Positions 34,893 to 45,843 of a DNA stretch of 64,000 nucleotides are shown here, in pieces (within the stretch, counting starts at the first letter, position 1; every line of letters starts with the position of its first letter). The notes under the pieces are model-generated. The model was not told where the DNA came from and made no database searches. It saw nothing but the letters and a program-made list of their open reading frames with translations. Position numbers and translations under genes: made by a program. The stretch is from Cladosporium halotolerans (lineage: Eukaryota): NCBI RefSeq assembly GCF_011745625.1, contig NW_027191466.1, positions 372,001 through 436,000 on the forward strand. The letters are read 5' to 3'.

Positions 34893-35570
34893 TCAATCGC
34901 CCGTGTCGATCTCCAAATCCAGCTGCACACCAGAACTGACGCCGTAATCCGCAAGCGTCAAGATATCCTTGAACGGCCTCTCGCCCTGCCTCTTCAGCAT
35001 GATCTCATGCGGCTGCCGTCCAACATGCGCCGCCACAATCGCCTTGAACGCCTTCACGCTGTCCGACGCCAAGCAGGGAATCGCAGCCTTCGTACCCAGT
35101 CGGTCGTTGACGTTCACGATAATCATCGGCTCCGAAGGAGCAGCATGCTTGGGCGCTTTCTTAGGCTTGTCCTTCTTCTCGGTCTTCTCAGACGAAGCTG
35201 CCGGCCGATCGCGTGCGCTCGAAGATACGCGGTCCAGAGGGTCGTCGTTCTTACGCGCATCGTCGCGAGAGGGCCGATAGCCGTCGCCGCCCTCTCTATC
35301 CCGGCGTCTCGGCGAACGATCGCGGTCACGGTTGCGGTCGCGGTCACGATCATCTTCTCTGTCGCGATCTCTCCGGGTGTAATTGTCGCGGCGCGGCGAC
35401 CGGTCTCTGTATCCTCGTCTCAGGCTTCTGTCGTCGCTGCTCGCTTTGTCGGCGTCTGCGGCGGGCCGCTTCGCCTTCCATTTGAAGCCGCCGGATTTTG
35501 GCTTTTTAGGTCGAGAGTCTTCGCGCGGGGACGAGCGCGAGCGCTGGCGTTCTTCTGTGTCTGAGGCCAT
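34893..35570 (-). CDS. HUB1: Hub1/UBL5-like ubiquitin-like protein with Arg/Asp/Ser-rich N-terminal extension (225 aa)
   Basis: The C-terminal 77 aa MIIVNVNDRLGTKAAIPCLASDSV..FKDILTLADYGV align by eye with Hub1 (MIEVVVNDRLGKKVRVKCLAEDSV..LKDHISLEDYEV). Confidence 0.8.
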   Translation of the reverse strand: MASDTEERQRSRSSPREDSRPKKPKSGGFKWKAKRPAADADKASSDDRSLRRGYRDRSPRRDNYTRRDRDREDDRDRDRNRDRDRSPRRRDREGGDGYRPSRDDARKNDDPLDRVSSSARDRPAASSEKTEKKDKPKKAPKHAAPSEPMIIVNVNDRLGTKAAIPCLASDSVKAFKAIVAAHVGRQPHEIMLKRQGERPFKDILTLADYGVSSGVQLDLEIDTGD

Positions 35571-36111
35571 GGTTGTGTGTGGTTGTGTTTGGGTGAAGGA
35601 TGGTTGCGCCTGCGACGTCAGTCTGGAAGTTTGCCAGAGCTTCCGACGCCGCAAAGTGTGGCTGGAGATGCCGCGGTTCGGCGAGTTGCTGGCTTCACTC
35701 GTGTGACCACATCGCGATGTCTTCAGGGAAATACACACTTTACCAAATAAATTCGAGTTTTGGTCAATTACACCGAGACGCTCTGACACCGCTTTCCTGA
35801 ATCTGACCATACAGATAACCTTCGGGCAATAAATGTTCCCTTGACGAAGATCTACCAAGGGTACCCGAGTGCCGACCTCCGCATCCGCCTCGCGCGTGCC
35901 ATAATGTGGAGATGCATCATACAGGCCGTCTTATTTCCACGACATTTCCGGATTCTATATGAACGTCGACTGGACTTTTGTTCATTGCAATGAACATGCA
36001 TGTCTTTGAAGTTCTGTCAGAGTCATCCTCCTAAAAGTCCTCATTGTATAACATCTAACCCTCTTCTACTCGTCCATTTTTCAATCGTATTACTCTCACA
36101 AGCCGCCCACA

Positions 36112-37637
36112 ATGTCTCGATCCCTTATATCTTCGATCAGAGCAGCCTCACGATTGGCCGTAGCGCCAACAACGAGAAGACCATGTATCCTTCCAATAAC
36201 AAAGACCAGACTTAACCAATGCTCTTCCCGCCCATTCTCAGTGACCGCCCACCGCAGACTCATGGAAACCTCCGGCTTCAGCGAAGAACAGATGACCGTC
36301 CGCGAAGCGATCCTCAAGATCTGCTCCAACTTCGACGACGACTACTGGATGGAACACGACCAAACCGAGACCTACCCCCACGAGCTCCACGCCGCCCTGG
36401 CCAAAGACGGCTGGATAGGAATCGCTCTGCCCGAGGACCTTGGCGGAGCCGGACTGGGAATCGCCGAGGCCACGATGATGATGCAGAGCATTGCAGAAAG
36501 CGGCGCTGGACTCGCGGGCGCTCAGAGCATTCACGCGAACGTGTACGCCACGCAGCCTGTGTCGAAGTTCGCGACGCCGGATCAGCGGGAGCGGTTCTTG
36601 AAGAAGATCATTTCGGGCGAGTGGCGGACGTGTTTTGGCGTTACGGAGCCTAACACTGGTCTTGAGACGTTGAAGTTGAAGACGACTGCTACGAAGGAAG
36701 GCAATGGGTACTCCGTCAGTGGGCAGAAGATCTGGATCTCGAGCGCGCAGGTGGCAACGAAGATGGTGCTGCTTGCTAGGACGACGCCCTTGGAGGAAGT
36801 GACGAAACCTTCTGAGGGGCTTTCGATGTTTTACGTCGATTTTGATCTGAGTCAGCCTGGGCTAGAAGCCAAGAGGATCAAGAAGATGGGCGGTCGTGCG
36901 GTCGATGCTAACCAGGTGTTCTTCGATAACTACAAGATTCCTCAGGATGCTTTGATCGGAAAGGAAGGGCAGGGGTTCAAGATTGTACGCATTGCCAACA
37001 CTGACAAACGAGCGTCTTCACTAATGACCACAGATCCTCCACGGCATGAATGCAGAGCGCTGCCTCCTCGCCGGCGAAGCCCTAGGACTCGGCTACGCCG
37101 CTCTGAAAAAGTCATCCACCAACCCAACCTCACCTCCCCAAGTCAAAGCTAACAACTCCCCCAGATCAACCGACTACGCCCGCGACCGCGTCGTCTTCTC
37201 GCGCCCCATCGGTCAAAACCAAGCGATCCAGCACCCGCTCGCCGACGCCTACATGCACCTCGAAGCCGCCAAGCTCGCCACATACCACGCTGCCTCGCTC
37301 TATGACCGCTCCTTCCCCGACCACCCCAAGCACGACCCGAGCATCACGACACACGCCGTCGGCGTCGCCTGCAACAGCGCCAAATACCTCGCTGCCGAAG
37401 CGGCGTTTACGGCCTGCGAGCGCAGCGTCATGAGCATGGGTGGCATGGGCTACGCGGCCGAGTATCATGTCGAGAGGTATATGCGCGAGTGCTTTGTGCC
37501 CAGGATCGCGCCTGTCAGTAGGGTGAGTATTTTGCGCTTGATGAGATTTGCGTTGGAGACTGGGCTGACGAGAGAATTAGGAGATGATCATGAACTTCGT
37601 GGGTGAGAAGGTGCTGAAGCTGCCGCGCAGCTATTAG
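36112..37637 (+). CDS. Acyl-CoA dehydrogenase with mitochondrial-type presequence; introns 36985..37033, 37111..37164, 37523..37579
   Basis: Motifs CFGVTEPNTG, VSGQKIWIS, LIGKEGQGFKI-ILHGMNAER, RVVFSRPIGQNQAIQH and GGMGYAAEYHVERY. Ends KVLKLPRSY-stop. Confidence 0.93.
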
Positions 37638-38122
37638 AGATTATGACGATGGTTTCGGCCTGCAATAACAATTGTATAGACCAATTTCACAGCTCAGTGT
37701 TCTTTATCCGCGACCCATTAGGCTCCGTGTGAGGAAAAGGCCCCGTTGGATGATTCGGTTTTGCGCATGGTACACTCCAAGATTTATATGAGAATCGTGG
37801 ATGCTTGACCAATGTCAAGTTCAGGTTGGCGCTTGCTGTTACATTCCGAATCTAACTCGCGGTTTCAAGGTCGCACGGAATGGTTGTCTAAGTGGAAATG
37901 AGGGTGAAGATTTACATGCAAGTTTCCCTCGTGGATTGAATGATCTCGAAGCGTTCGATGGCGATCATGAAATAGTCCAGGCATCCGAGAAAAAGTACGC
38001 TCACACTGATGTATTGGACAGCAGTGTGAGCACGGCAATGAAGCGGCCATAACCGGCTTGAAAGACATCAGTCGTCCGGTTTTGGGGGGTTTCGCGTATC
38101 TATTCATATCCCGTAGCAAAGC

Positions 38123-38131
38123 TCACGTGAC
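38123..38131. promoter_or_regulatory. TCACGTGAC E-box (Cbf1-type bHLH site) upstream of MSS116
   Basis: Sequence match only, about 440 bp upstream of the ATG. Confidence 0.3.
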
Positions 38132-38569
38132 GCCTCGATAGGCCTTTGGTTGGCAAGTGACATACTGATCACTCTAGGCCTGTGATACAGCCCTCTGGAA
38201 GACGAATCTCGATCGGCGAGCAATTAGGTCGAGGGATTTTGGCTATCTTCTCAAGTACATATATTTCTTTCGAAGGCCGCGAGAAGGTTCCAAGACGACA
38301 TCGTTGCGGTCATGACGAGAAAGACGGGAGTTCGAGTTCGCCGCTTGATAAGACCCCTTGCGGCAAATGTGGTCCAAGCGTCGATCGTCTCGCCTCTATC
38401 GTCCCAAAATTTACCTGGGGGCGCGAACTTGCCCTCCGTCGACACAGTCCATCGTTTTCTCTCTGTGATACCCCTTTCCACGCCGAAAACACAGCATAGC
38501 CCTTCTTTTCGTTTCTGCTTCTTCCGCGAAAAGAACTGTGCTGTAACAAGAGTCGGAACCACCGCGAAG

Positions 38570-40636
38570 ATGCGCAGGGCTTTCCAGAGATGCTCGGCAT
38601 CGCTCCCTCGGGCCTTGTCGGCGCCCTCGAGCAACCTCTTCGCAAACCGCGCATTGAGATTTAATCGCATCGTCAGACAATCGCAGCCTTCGATCGTGCG
38701 CAGCCTACACCAATCTCCCCTTCTCCGCAATGAGGCTGCCGCCGCCGCCGCTCCTGAAGAGTCGGCGCCCATTACAAAGTTCCAAGAACTCCAAGACAGA
38801 AACATCATACACCCCAACATTATCAGAAATCTCACCAATATGGGTCTGGAGACTATGACGGACGTTCAGAGCCAGACTATCAACACCGCCATCAGTGGCA
38901 CGGACATCATCGCACAGGCCAAGACAGGTACTGGCAAGACCATGGCATTCCTTCTCCCGGTGCTGCAGAATATCATCAACGTCGATCCCGAGCTTGCCAA
39001 GGGCTTCCGTGGCAGGAGAGGGCCCAGGAGCACGGCGGACGATATCAGAGCGCTCATCGTGTCCCCGACAAGAGAACTGGCGGAGCAGATTGCGGCGGAG
39101 GCTAAGAAGTTGGTCAGCGGTACTGGCGTTATTGTGCAGACTGCTGTCGGAGGTACCCAGAAGTCGGCAGGTCTGCGTGCCATTCAAAGAGAAGGATGTC
39201 ACATTCTCGTCGGTACCCCTGGTCGCTTAAAGGATATTCTTTCCGACCCTTACAGCAGAGTTGAAGCGCCTGACCTCAGCGCCATGGTCTTCGACGAGGC
39301 TGACCGCCTCCTTGACCAGGGTTTCTGGCCCGAACTTCAGGAGATCATGCGCCTCTTGCCTACGGCTGCTGAGAAGGATCGCCAGACGCTCATGTTCTCC
39401 GCCACCGTGCCCAGAGAGGTCGTTTCCATCGTTCGCAGCACCCTGAAGCCCGGCTACCAGTTTGTTCAGTGCGTCCGTGAGGATGAGGAGCCCACGCACG
39501 CACGTGTGCCTCAAAAGCTCGTAACTACCAAAGGCTTTGAAAACAACATTCCGGCCCTCACCGAGCTGTGTACGCGCGAGATCGCCAAGTACAACGAGGA
39601 TCCCCAGAACAACCGCCCTTTCAAGGCCATTGTCTACTTTGGCAGCACTGCCGAGGTGACCATGGCCACATCCGCCCTCCTTGAGCTCAAGGCTCCTGGA
39701 GAGGATAGAGATGCCTTTGGCGGAAAGGAACACCCCTTCGGCAGGTCCACTCGCATCCTGGAGATTCACTCTAAGCTCTCCCAGAGTGCTCGCACCAAGG
39801 CCGCCGAGAACTTCCGTCGCGCCACATCCGGCATTCTCTGCTCCTCGGACGTCACTGCCCGTGGCATGGATTTCCCCAACGTCACCCATGTTATTCAGAT
39901 GGGCTTGCCCTCGTCTGTCGAGCAGTACATTCACCGCATTGGCCGCACCGCTCGCGCGGGTAAGGAAGGTGAGGGCTGGCTGATCCTCAACAACATGGAA
40001 GACCGCGAGGCGCGCCACCGTTTCGGTGGCAAGATCCCGCTCAAGCGCGACTCGACCCTCGAGACTGCGTCGCTGGACCTGACGCAGGAGGCGCAGGTCT
40101 CGCCCGCCGCTGGCAAGATCCTGAGCATGGTGCAGGCAGCTTTCCGCGAGATCGACGTCGTGGAGAAGATCAAGTGTTTCAAGGCGCTGCTGGGCGTGTA
40201 CCAGTGGTACCCTCGCAAGTCGGACCTCATCGAGAACCTGAACAACCTTTCGCGTGTGGGCTGGAGCATGCGCAACCCTCCTGCGATCTCGCCGATGCTG
40301 GCACAGAGGCTGGGCCTCGCCAGACTTCCTGGCGTTACCATCGGTCACAACCCTGAGGAAGACGCTCCCAGGACCAAGCCCTCTCGCCCTGGCTATGAGG
40401 ACTTCAGTTCCAACCCGTTTGGTTCCCAGAGAGGTGGCGGCAGATCGTCTAATAGGGACGGCAACTCGAGAGGCGGCTTTGGAGGCAGAGGTGACCGCGG
40501 CTTCGGCGGCCGCAGCGGTGGCTTCGGAGGCAGGGGAGGTGGTTTCGGAGGCAGAGGACGCACTGGCGGCTCTTTTGGCCGCGACGGCGGCCGTGACGGT
40601 GGCCGCGGCATGATGAACGCGGACCCCTTTGCCTAA
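38570..40636 (+). CDS. MSS116: Mitochondrial DEAD-box RNA helicase Mss116/CYT-19
   Basis: Arg/Ser-rich presequence, Q motif, AKTGTGKT, PTRELA, TPGRL, DEAD, SAT, ARGMDFP, YIHRIGRTARAG and an RGG-rich C-tail. Confidence 0.93.
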   Translation: MRRAFQRCSASLPRALSAPSSNLFANRALRFNRIVRQSQPSIVRSLHQSPLLRNEAAAAAAPEESAPITKFQELQDRNIIHPNIIRNLTNMGLETMTDVQSQTINTAISGTDIIAQAKTGTGKTMAFLLPVLQNIINVDPELAKGFRGRRGPRSTADDIRALIVSPTRELAEQIAAEAKKLVSGTGVIVQTAVGGTQKSAGLRAIQREGCHILVGTPGRLKDILSDPYSRVEAPDLSAMVFDEADRLLDQGFWPELQEIMRLLPTAAEKDRQTLMFSATVPREVVSIVRSTLKPGYQFVQCVREDEEPTHARVPQKLVTTKGFENNIPALTELCTREIAKYNEDPQNNRPFKAIVYFGSTAEVTMATSALLELKAPGEDRDAFGGKEHPFGRSTRILEIHSKLSQSARTKAAENFRRATSGILCSSDVTARGMDFPNVTHVIQMGLPSSVEQYIHRIGRTARAGKEGEGWLILNNMEDREARHRFGGKIPLKRDSTLETASLDLTQEAQVSPAAGKILSMVQAAFREIDVVEKIKCFKALLGVYQWYPRKSDLIENLNNLSRVGWSMRNPPAISPMLAQRLGLARLPGVTIGHNPEEDAPRTKPSRPGYEDFSSNPFGSQRGGGRSSNRDGNSRGGFGGRGDRGFGGRSGGFGGRGGGFGGRGRTGGSFGRDGGRDGGRGMMNADPFA

Positions 40637-41746
40637 TAGGCATGGGACACGACGGGCACAAATTGTACGATATCAGGTCCGAACGGACGGCATATTTGCA
40701 CGCACAGCGCGGGCGTTTGGGTTTGGGTTCAATCACTGGGAAAAGCACGAATTGGAGACGGGTCGGCGAGCCCGCGTGTAAGACAATGAGCGTGTGGGAC
40801 GTGTAATTGATTTCGCCAGGTCTTGTAATAGCTTATAGCTCTGTGATATTAGACATCTCCATTCAAGGTCCTTGCTCTTGCTGTATACTGCGCTCTGCAA
40901 CCGCTTCACGCCTCAAATTCTACCACGACTCGAATGCCAGCCACAACCACCATGCAATAGACCCTGAGCCCGCCCTGCCAGGCTGATGGTGTGGGTGGCT
41001 AATGTATGACACGCACGGGAACGGCGCGAAGGGCGCCACTGCAGGACAGGCAGGGATCGCGGGTGTTTGGTGGAGAGGGCGGCGACGGCGCGAGTCCTGC
41101 CTCGAACCTTGAGGGCCTGGATGGCTGAGGCCGAATCGCTGCACACCACGTCACGCGTGCATGCGTCGTCGAGCGAAGAGGCAGATGCGCGCACCGGACC
41201 TGCCTGCGCCTGACGAGCCCGAGCCTGCGAGCACAGTGCTCCTTTAGCCTACTGCGGTGATTGAACGACTCTGCCGTGTGTGCCTGCAATCCGTCATCGC
41301 AGCGTGGCGCATGCGACCGCTCCAACGTCCGCGCCGCCGCTATACAGTCGCCTCAGCCTGCTGCGCCGCCAGCTCGTCTCACGCTCGCTGCACTTTGTTT
41401 ATCGCGGGGCAAGATTTCGGGTAGCAACTTGCGCAACCTCGCCGCTGCAACCACCCAACAACCCACCCACAGCCTCACCACCGCCTGCACTCGTACCGCA
41501 CCGCACAGCTCCCTCTCCCGCGACATCTGCTGCCGCCGCTGGCGTTTGTCGTGCGCCGGAGCGCCGTCCCGCCAAAGCGAACAACCCCCGTCCGTCTGCC
41601 TGCCGACAACCTCGAATTCACTCGCAACGCCCGTCCGCGCTTTCACATGAACCTACACCGTCGCACCGCGTCCACTCAACCTCACCACCGGATTATGCGC
41701 CGCTCTGCACACGCTCGCAGCTCGTGTCCTTGATTCGCCGGTAACC

Positions 41747-44700
41747 ATGCCGAAGGCATACGACGTCAAGCGCAACTACTGTAAGTATCCATTCGCCGGC
41801 CTGGCCTGACCTTTTCCCGCAGTCTTTCCTCGTTGACCTTGAATCTTCGCAGATGCCGACCTCGAGCTGCCCACCAACGCCTCCTGCGAGGACGTCAAGA
41901 AGCAATACCGCAAGCTAGCCCTGCAGTACCATCCAGACCGCAACGCAGGCAAAGAGGAGGAGTACATCCCCAAGTTTCAGGCCATCCAGGCCGCGCACGA
42001 AATCCTAGGCGAGCCCTCCGAGAAGAGCAAGTACGACGCCGACCGCCGCAAGGCCGGCCTTTACCCTACAGGCGGCGTGGGGACGAGCACAGGTGCCGCT
42101 ACGGGAGCGAGAGGGAACCCGTACCAGGCGACTTCGGCCTATCCTCCGCCGCCTAGGAGGACGCAGCCTGGGACATGGCAGAGGACGAACACTGGCGCGG
42201 ACCGCTTCTCGAGCTTCCCTCGCGGCGCGCCGACGGCCAAGAAACCCGATCCTACCGCTGAGCGACAGAATGCATTCAGGGCGTGGCAGAATATGAACAA
42301 TGCTCAGGACCGCCAGCAGCAGCAGAGATATTCACAAGCGGGCGCGCAGCCGCAGCCTAAGACTGCTTCCCCGAGGAGACCTGCTCCGCCGCCGAGAGCT
42401 GCTGACCCGAAGTTTCCTTCTGACGAGAAGATCCGTGCTGGATTCTCATATCGCGAGGCGCCGCAGCCTACGGGCAGCGCAGACAATGCAGAGGAGCGGC
42501 AGTCGGCGTGGGCTGCGTTCCAGAAATCACATGCAAACGTCAACTCGCCGGGTGTCAAGCGCAGCAACACCAGCAAAACGCCCAAGAAGCAAGGCTTTGA
42601 CCCTAACGTGCTTGGTCCTGACGAGGGACCTGCGCCCGATAGCCAGTATGCGCATCGTCACAAGTCCGCTGACTTCGGTCGCCCAAGCGCCAATCCACCG
42701 CCGCCTCCACCGAGGCAGCCTCAGCCCGACTCGCCGATGTCAACTCCTTCACGTCCGCACGCAGACCCTCTCAGACCTTTCAAGTCTCGCACGAGCGAAG
42801 ACGATGCGCCATACTCGGAGGGTAACCGTGTAAGGACGCCTTACTCATCTTTCAGCGGTGAGCGTACAGACTTCGGCAGCGACATGAGACGCTCGAACAG
42901 TACCCGTGATACTTTTAGGATGAGCCACGGGTCGAACTCGTCAAGAGCGCGCAGTACAAGTCCACTTCGCCGCTCGTCAGCGGTACCAAGTGGCAACGGT
43001 CACAACCAAGCCAACGCACAGCCGCAAAAGCCTGCCTTCAGTGTTGGAGGCAGCTCGAGCACGAGCTCAGTCAGCTCAGAACCAGATTCCGCCGATACAC
43101 CGGATCAATACCAGAGCCCCTTCAGTCAACCACCTAAGTCTGCGGTACCGCCGATCAACCGCCCGAAGATCGTTCCCTCGCCGCCCAGCAGGCGATTCAA
43201 CGGCTCCACTAACCCAACATCGCCGCCTCCTGCGAACGGCAGCGGTCTAGCTGATGGTGGAATACAGCCAAAGAGCAACCCAAACATGTACGTCCAACCA
43301 GATTTCTACTCTAGTGAAACCCCTACCCACTCTTCTCCCGCGCGTGAATGGGTATCGCGCATGTTTGGTCTCGATTCAACTCGCAGGACCAAACAGCGTA
43401 GTCCGACGGTACCGCCTTGGGCAGTGCCAGATTCTATCATGGTCACACGAGCCGAAGGAAGCCCGCGGAAGCCGCGTCTGTTTCTCACACCAGATTCTCC
43501 GCCTGCTACTTCCGATAAACCAGACGATTCTTCGGTAGTACCAACGCATGATGATCTCATCGCATACAACTGGTTCACCGAGTCGTTAAATCGTCAGCGC
43601 GGCTCCATCCCCGGGAGTCTCGACATCGATGTATTCCTGAAGCTTGCATCAACTGCGCGCTCAGGTGGATCGTCGGGCCTGAGCTATCTTGACAAAATCA
43701 TTACCCGCGCAATCGCCCTATATCCGAGTGTTGGTTACAGGCCGATCGAAACAACGAATGCTGACAGCGACTCTCCCTCAAACAGATTCTCTTACCCAAC
43801 TTCTCCAGATTTCTTTGGCTCTTCGGCGAACTCCAAGAGCCGCAGCGAAGAGAACATCAACACCAGTTTCTCCGCTAATGGCTGGAGCGGAACGTTCTCT
43901 GGCTCGGCGGATTATTTTGCGCCGCCGCAGGGTCCTCAGAGGCGAGGCTCCCCGTCGGCGCGCGGAGCACAGAGGCCTGGTGTACGCACTGCGAACTCGA
44001 ACTATGGACAGCCCAGCAGCGCTACCCAGTCTCCGACTAACACGTCGATGCCGCCTCCACCGAGACCTTACACTGCTCAAACGGACGACACCGCCTCTGC
44101 ACCGCAGACCGCAGGTAGTGACGCTAAGTTTAGCAAGGAGCAATGGGAGCAGACTTTCAAAGACGCTTCATGGACGTACCCTCCGCCTCCATCTATGCCG
44201 CCACCCAGCAGTCCTGCTAAGGGCAGTACCAAGGGAAGGCAGCCCAGCAGGAAGAACAGCAGAGCTCAGTCGAAGCCTACGTCGTCTGGAAGCGGGAGTG
44301 GAACAGCGGCGAACCCGCATGTCATCGATGAGAAAGATGACGAGACCATTCATCCTCCGAGGACTGGCCACTCGGCTTCTGCAGAGCCAGCACAAGAGGC
44401 GGATGCCATGGACATTGACAACACACCTCCGGCTACAGAGCAGCAGCCCCGCGCGGAGCATCAAAAGGAGCCACGTCTTGTCTCAGTACCGCCGTCAGCC
44501 TGGCGCCAGTCTCAAGGCCCGCACGCATCAACCATCCACCACCGCGCCACCTCCAGCGGCTCCAGCAACGGCGGCCCACTCAAGACAAACCTGAACGACC
44601 TCGCCAACGTCGCCCCCTTCACGCAAACCACCGACGGCGCCGGCCTCTCCGACCTCAAATCTATGTCCGCAACCCTCCCCTTCCCCTCGCAAGCAGCCAA

Positions 44701-45115
44701 CACCCTGCCCACCAACCCACACAAACCGCAAACCCTCTCCCTCCCCGTCGTCCCCATCCCGCCCAAGTCCCCACCCCGCCTCAGCAAGCACACCTGGCAC
44801 CAGTACGCGCAGAACTTCGGCGTCTACCTGCTCGCCTTCAACTCCTTCAACAGCGCCATGCTGCAGCATTTCCAGGCGCGCGACCAGCAGGCCGCGCTGC
44901 GCATGCAGGCCGGCATGGCCTGGCTCGAGGCCGCGGGCGACGCGACGGTCGGCGGGGGGTTCGGGACGTTCGCGCGCGAGGTCAAGGAGGACGAGAGGGT
45001 GCGCGAGACGTGGAACATGGGCTGCGAGAGGCATGCGGATGCCGTCAAGGAGTTCGATGAGGTTAGGGAGAGGGTTAGGAGGTTGGCGGTCGCGGGCGCG
45101 ATTGGGGAGCAGTGA
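41747..45115 (+). CDS. Large J-domain (DnaJ/Hsp40 class C) protein; intron 41781..41852; candidate retained/spliced segment 43288..43785
   Basis: Spliced N-terminus [53 protein letters not shown]..YD is a J domain with HPD. It is followed by a long Pro/Ser-rich region and a helical C-terminal domain. Confidence 0.9.
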
Positions 45116-45843
45116 GCGGTGGGGTGAGTGTTTCTTTTCTCTCCCTTTGAAGGAGGGTGTTGCGAAGGAGGTTTTTTTGCGAGGGAGAGATTTTGTGAGA
45201 GACGGAGGATTGTTCTTTTTGATTTTCACGAGCGAGCGGTTTGAGGCGGTGTGCTTTTTTAGACGATACCCTCGGTTTTGGGTCGGGCATGAGCGAGCGA
45301 GGACGGATGGTGCATAGCGACGCATGAAGAAGCGCGGCATACTCATCGGTTTTGGTTTTGATGGGGATCAAGGAAGGGCAGAGAGGAGCTTCTGAGAGCG
45401 TGCCGCGGGCATAATACCTTTTACTCTTGCCCTGCTGTCGCGAGCCTGCTCCTGTCTACGATTGTTGCATAGTCAAGGGTAGCATAAGCATCAAAGTTTA
45501 CTGGAATCATTCTTTTTATCGTGCCTGGTACATTAGTCTGTGGAATATAGCAACCGATCAAACCTACCTAGGTACCTATGTTGAATATGTTCTTCCGGGT
45601 AAATGTTTAACGCGGCCGATGCCGTCGGCGTCCAATGGCCCGGGGTCTCCTACATCGGCACGATGATGCATGACCGACTTCCACCCTGAGCGCTGCCCCG
45701 CGCCAGCCCACTCCGACCCGCAATGCGCGATGGTGGGACCGCGTGTTTACTGCAACTGCCGAATGCTTCTCTGCCGTTGATGCTCCGCCTTTAACTGCTT
45801 CGCTGTTCCTCTCTCTTTCTTCTTGTCACTTGTTCTAGCTTGA

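Noticed and set aside
38312..38569. Upstream in-frame extension of MSS116
   Set aside because: A typical mitochondrial presequence begins at ATG 38570; the upstream stretch looks like promoter/UTR.
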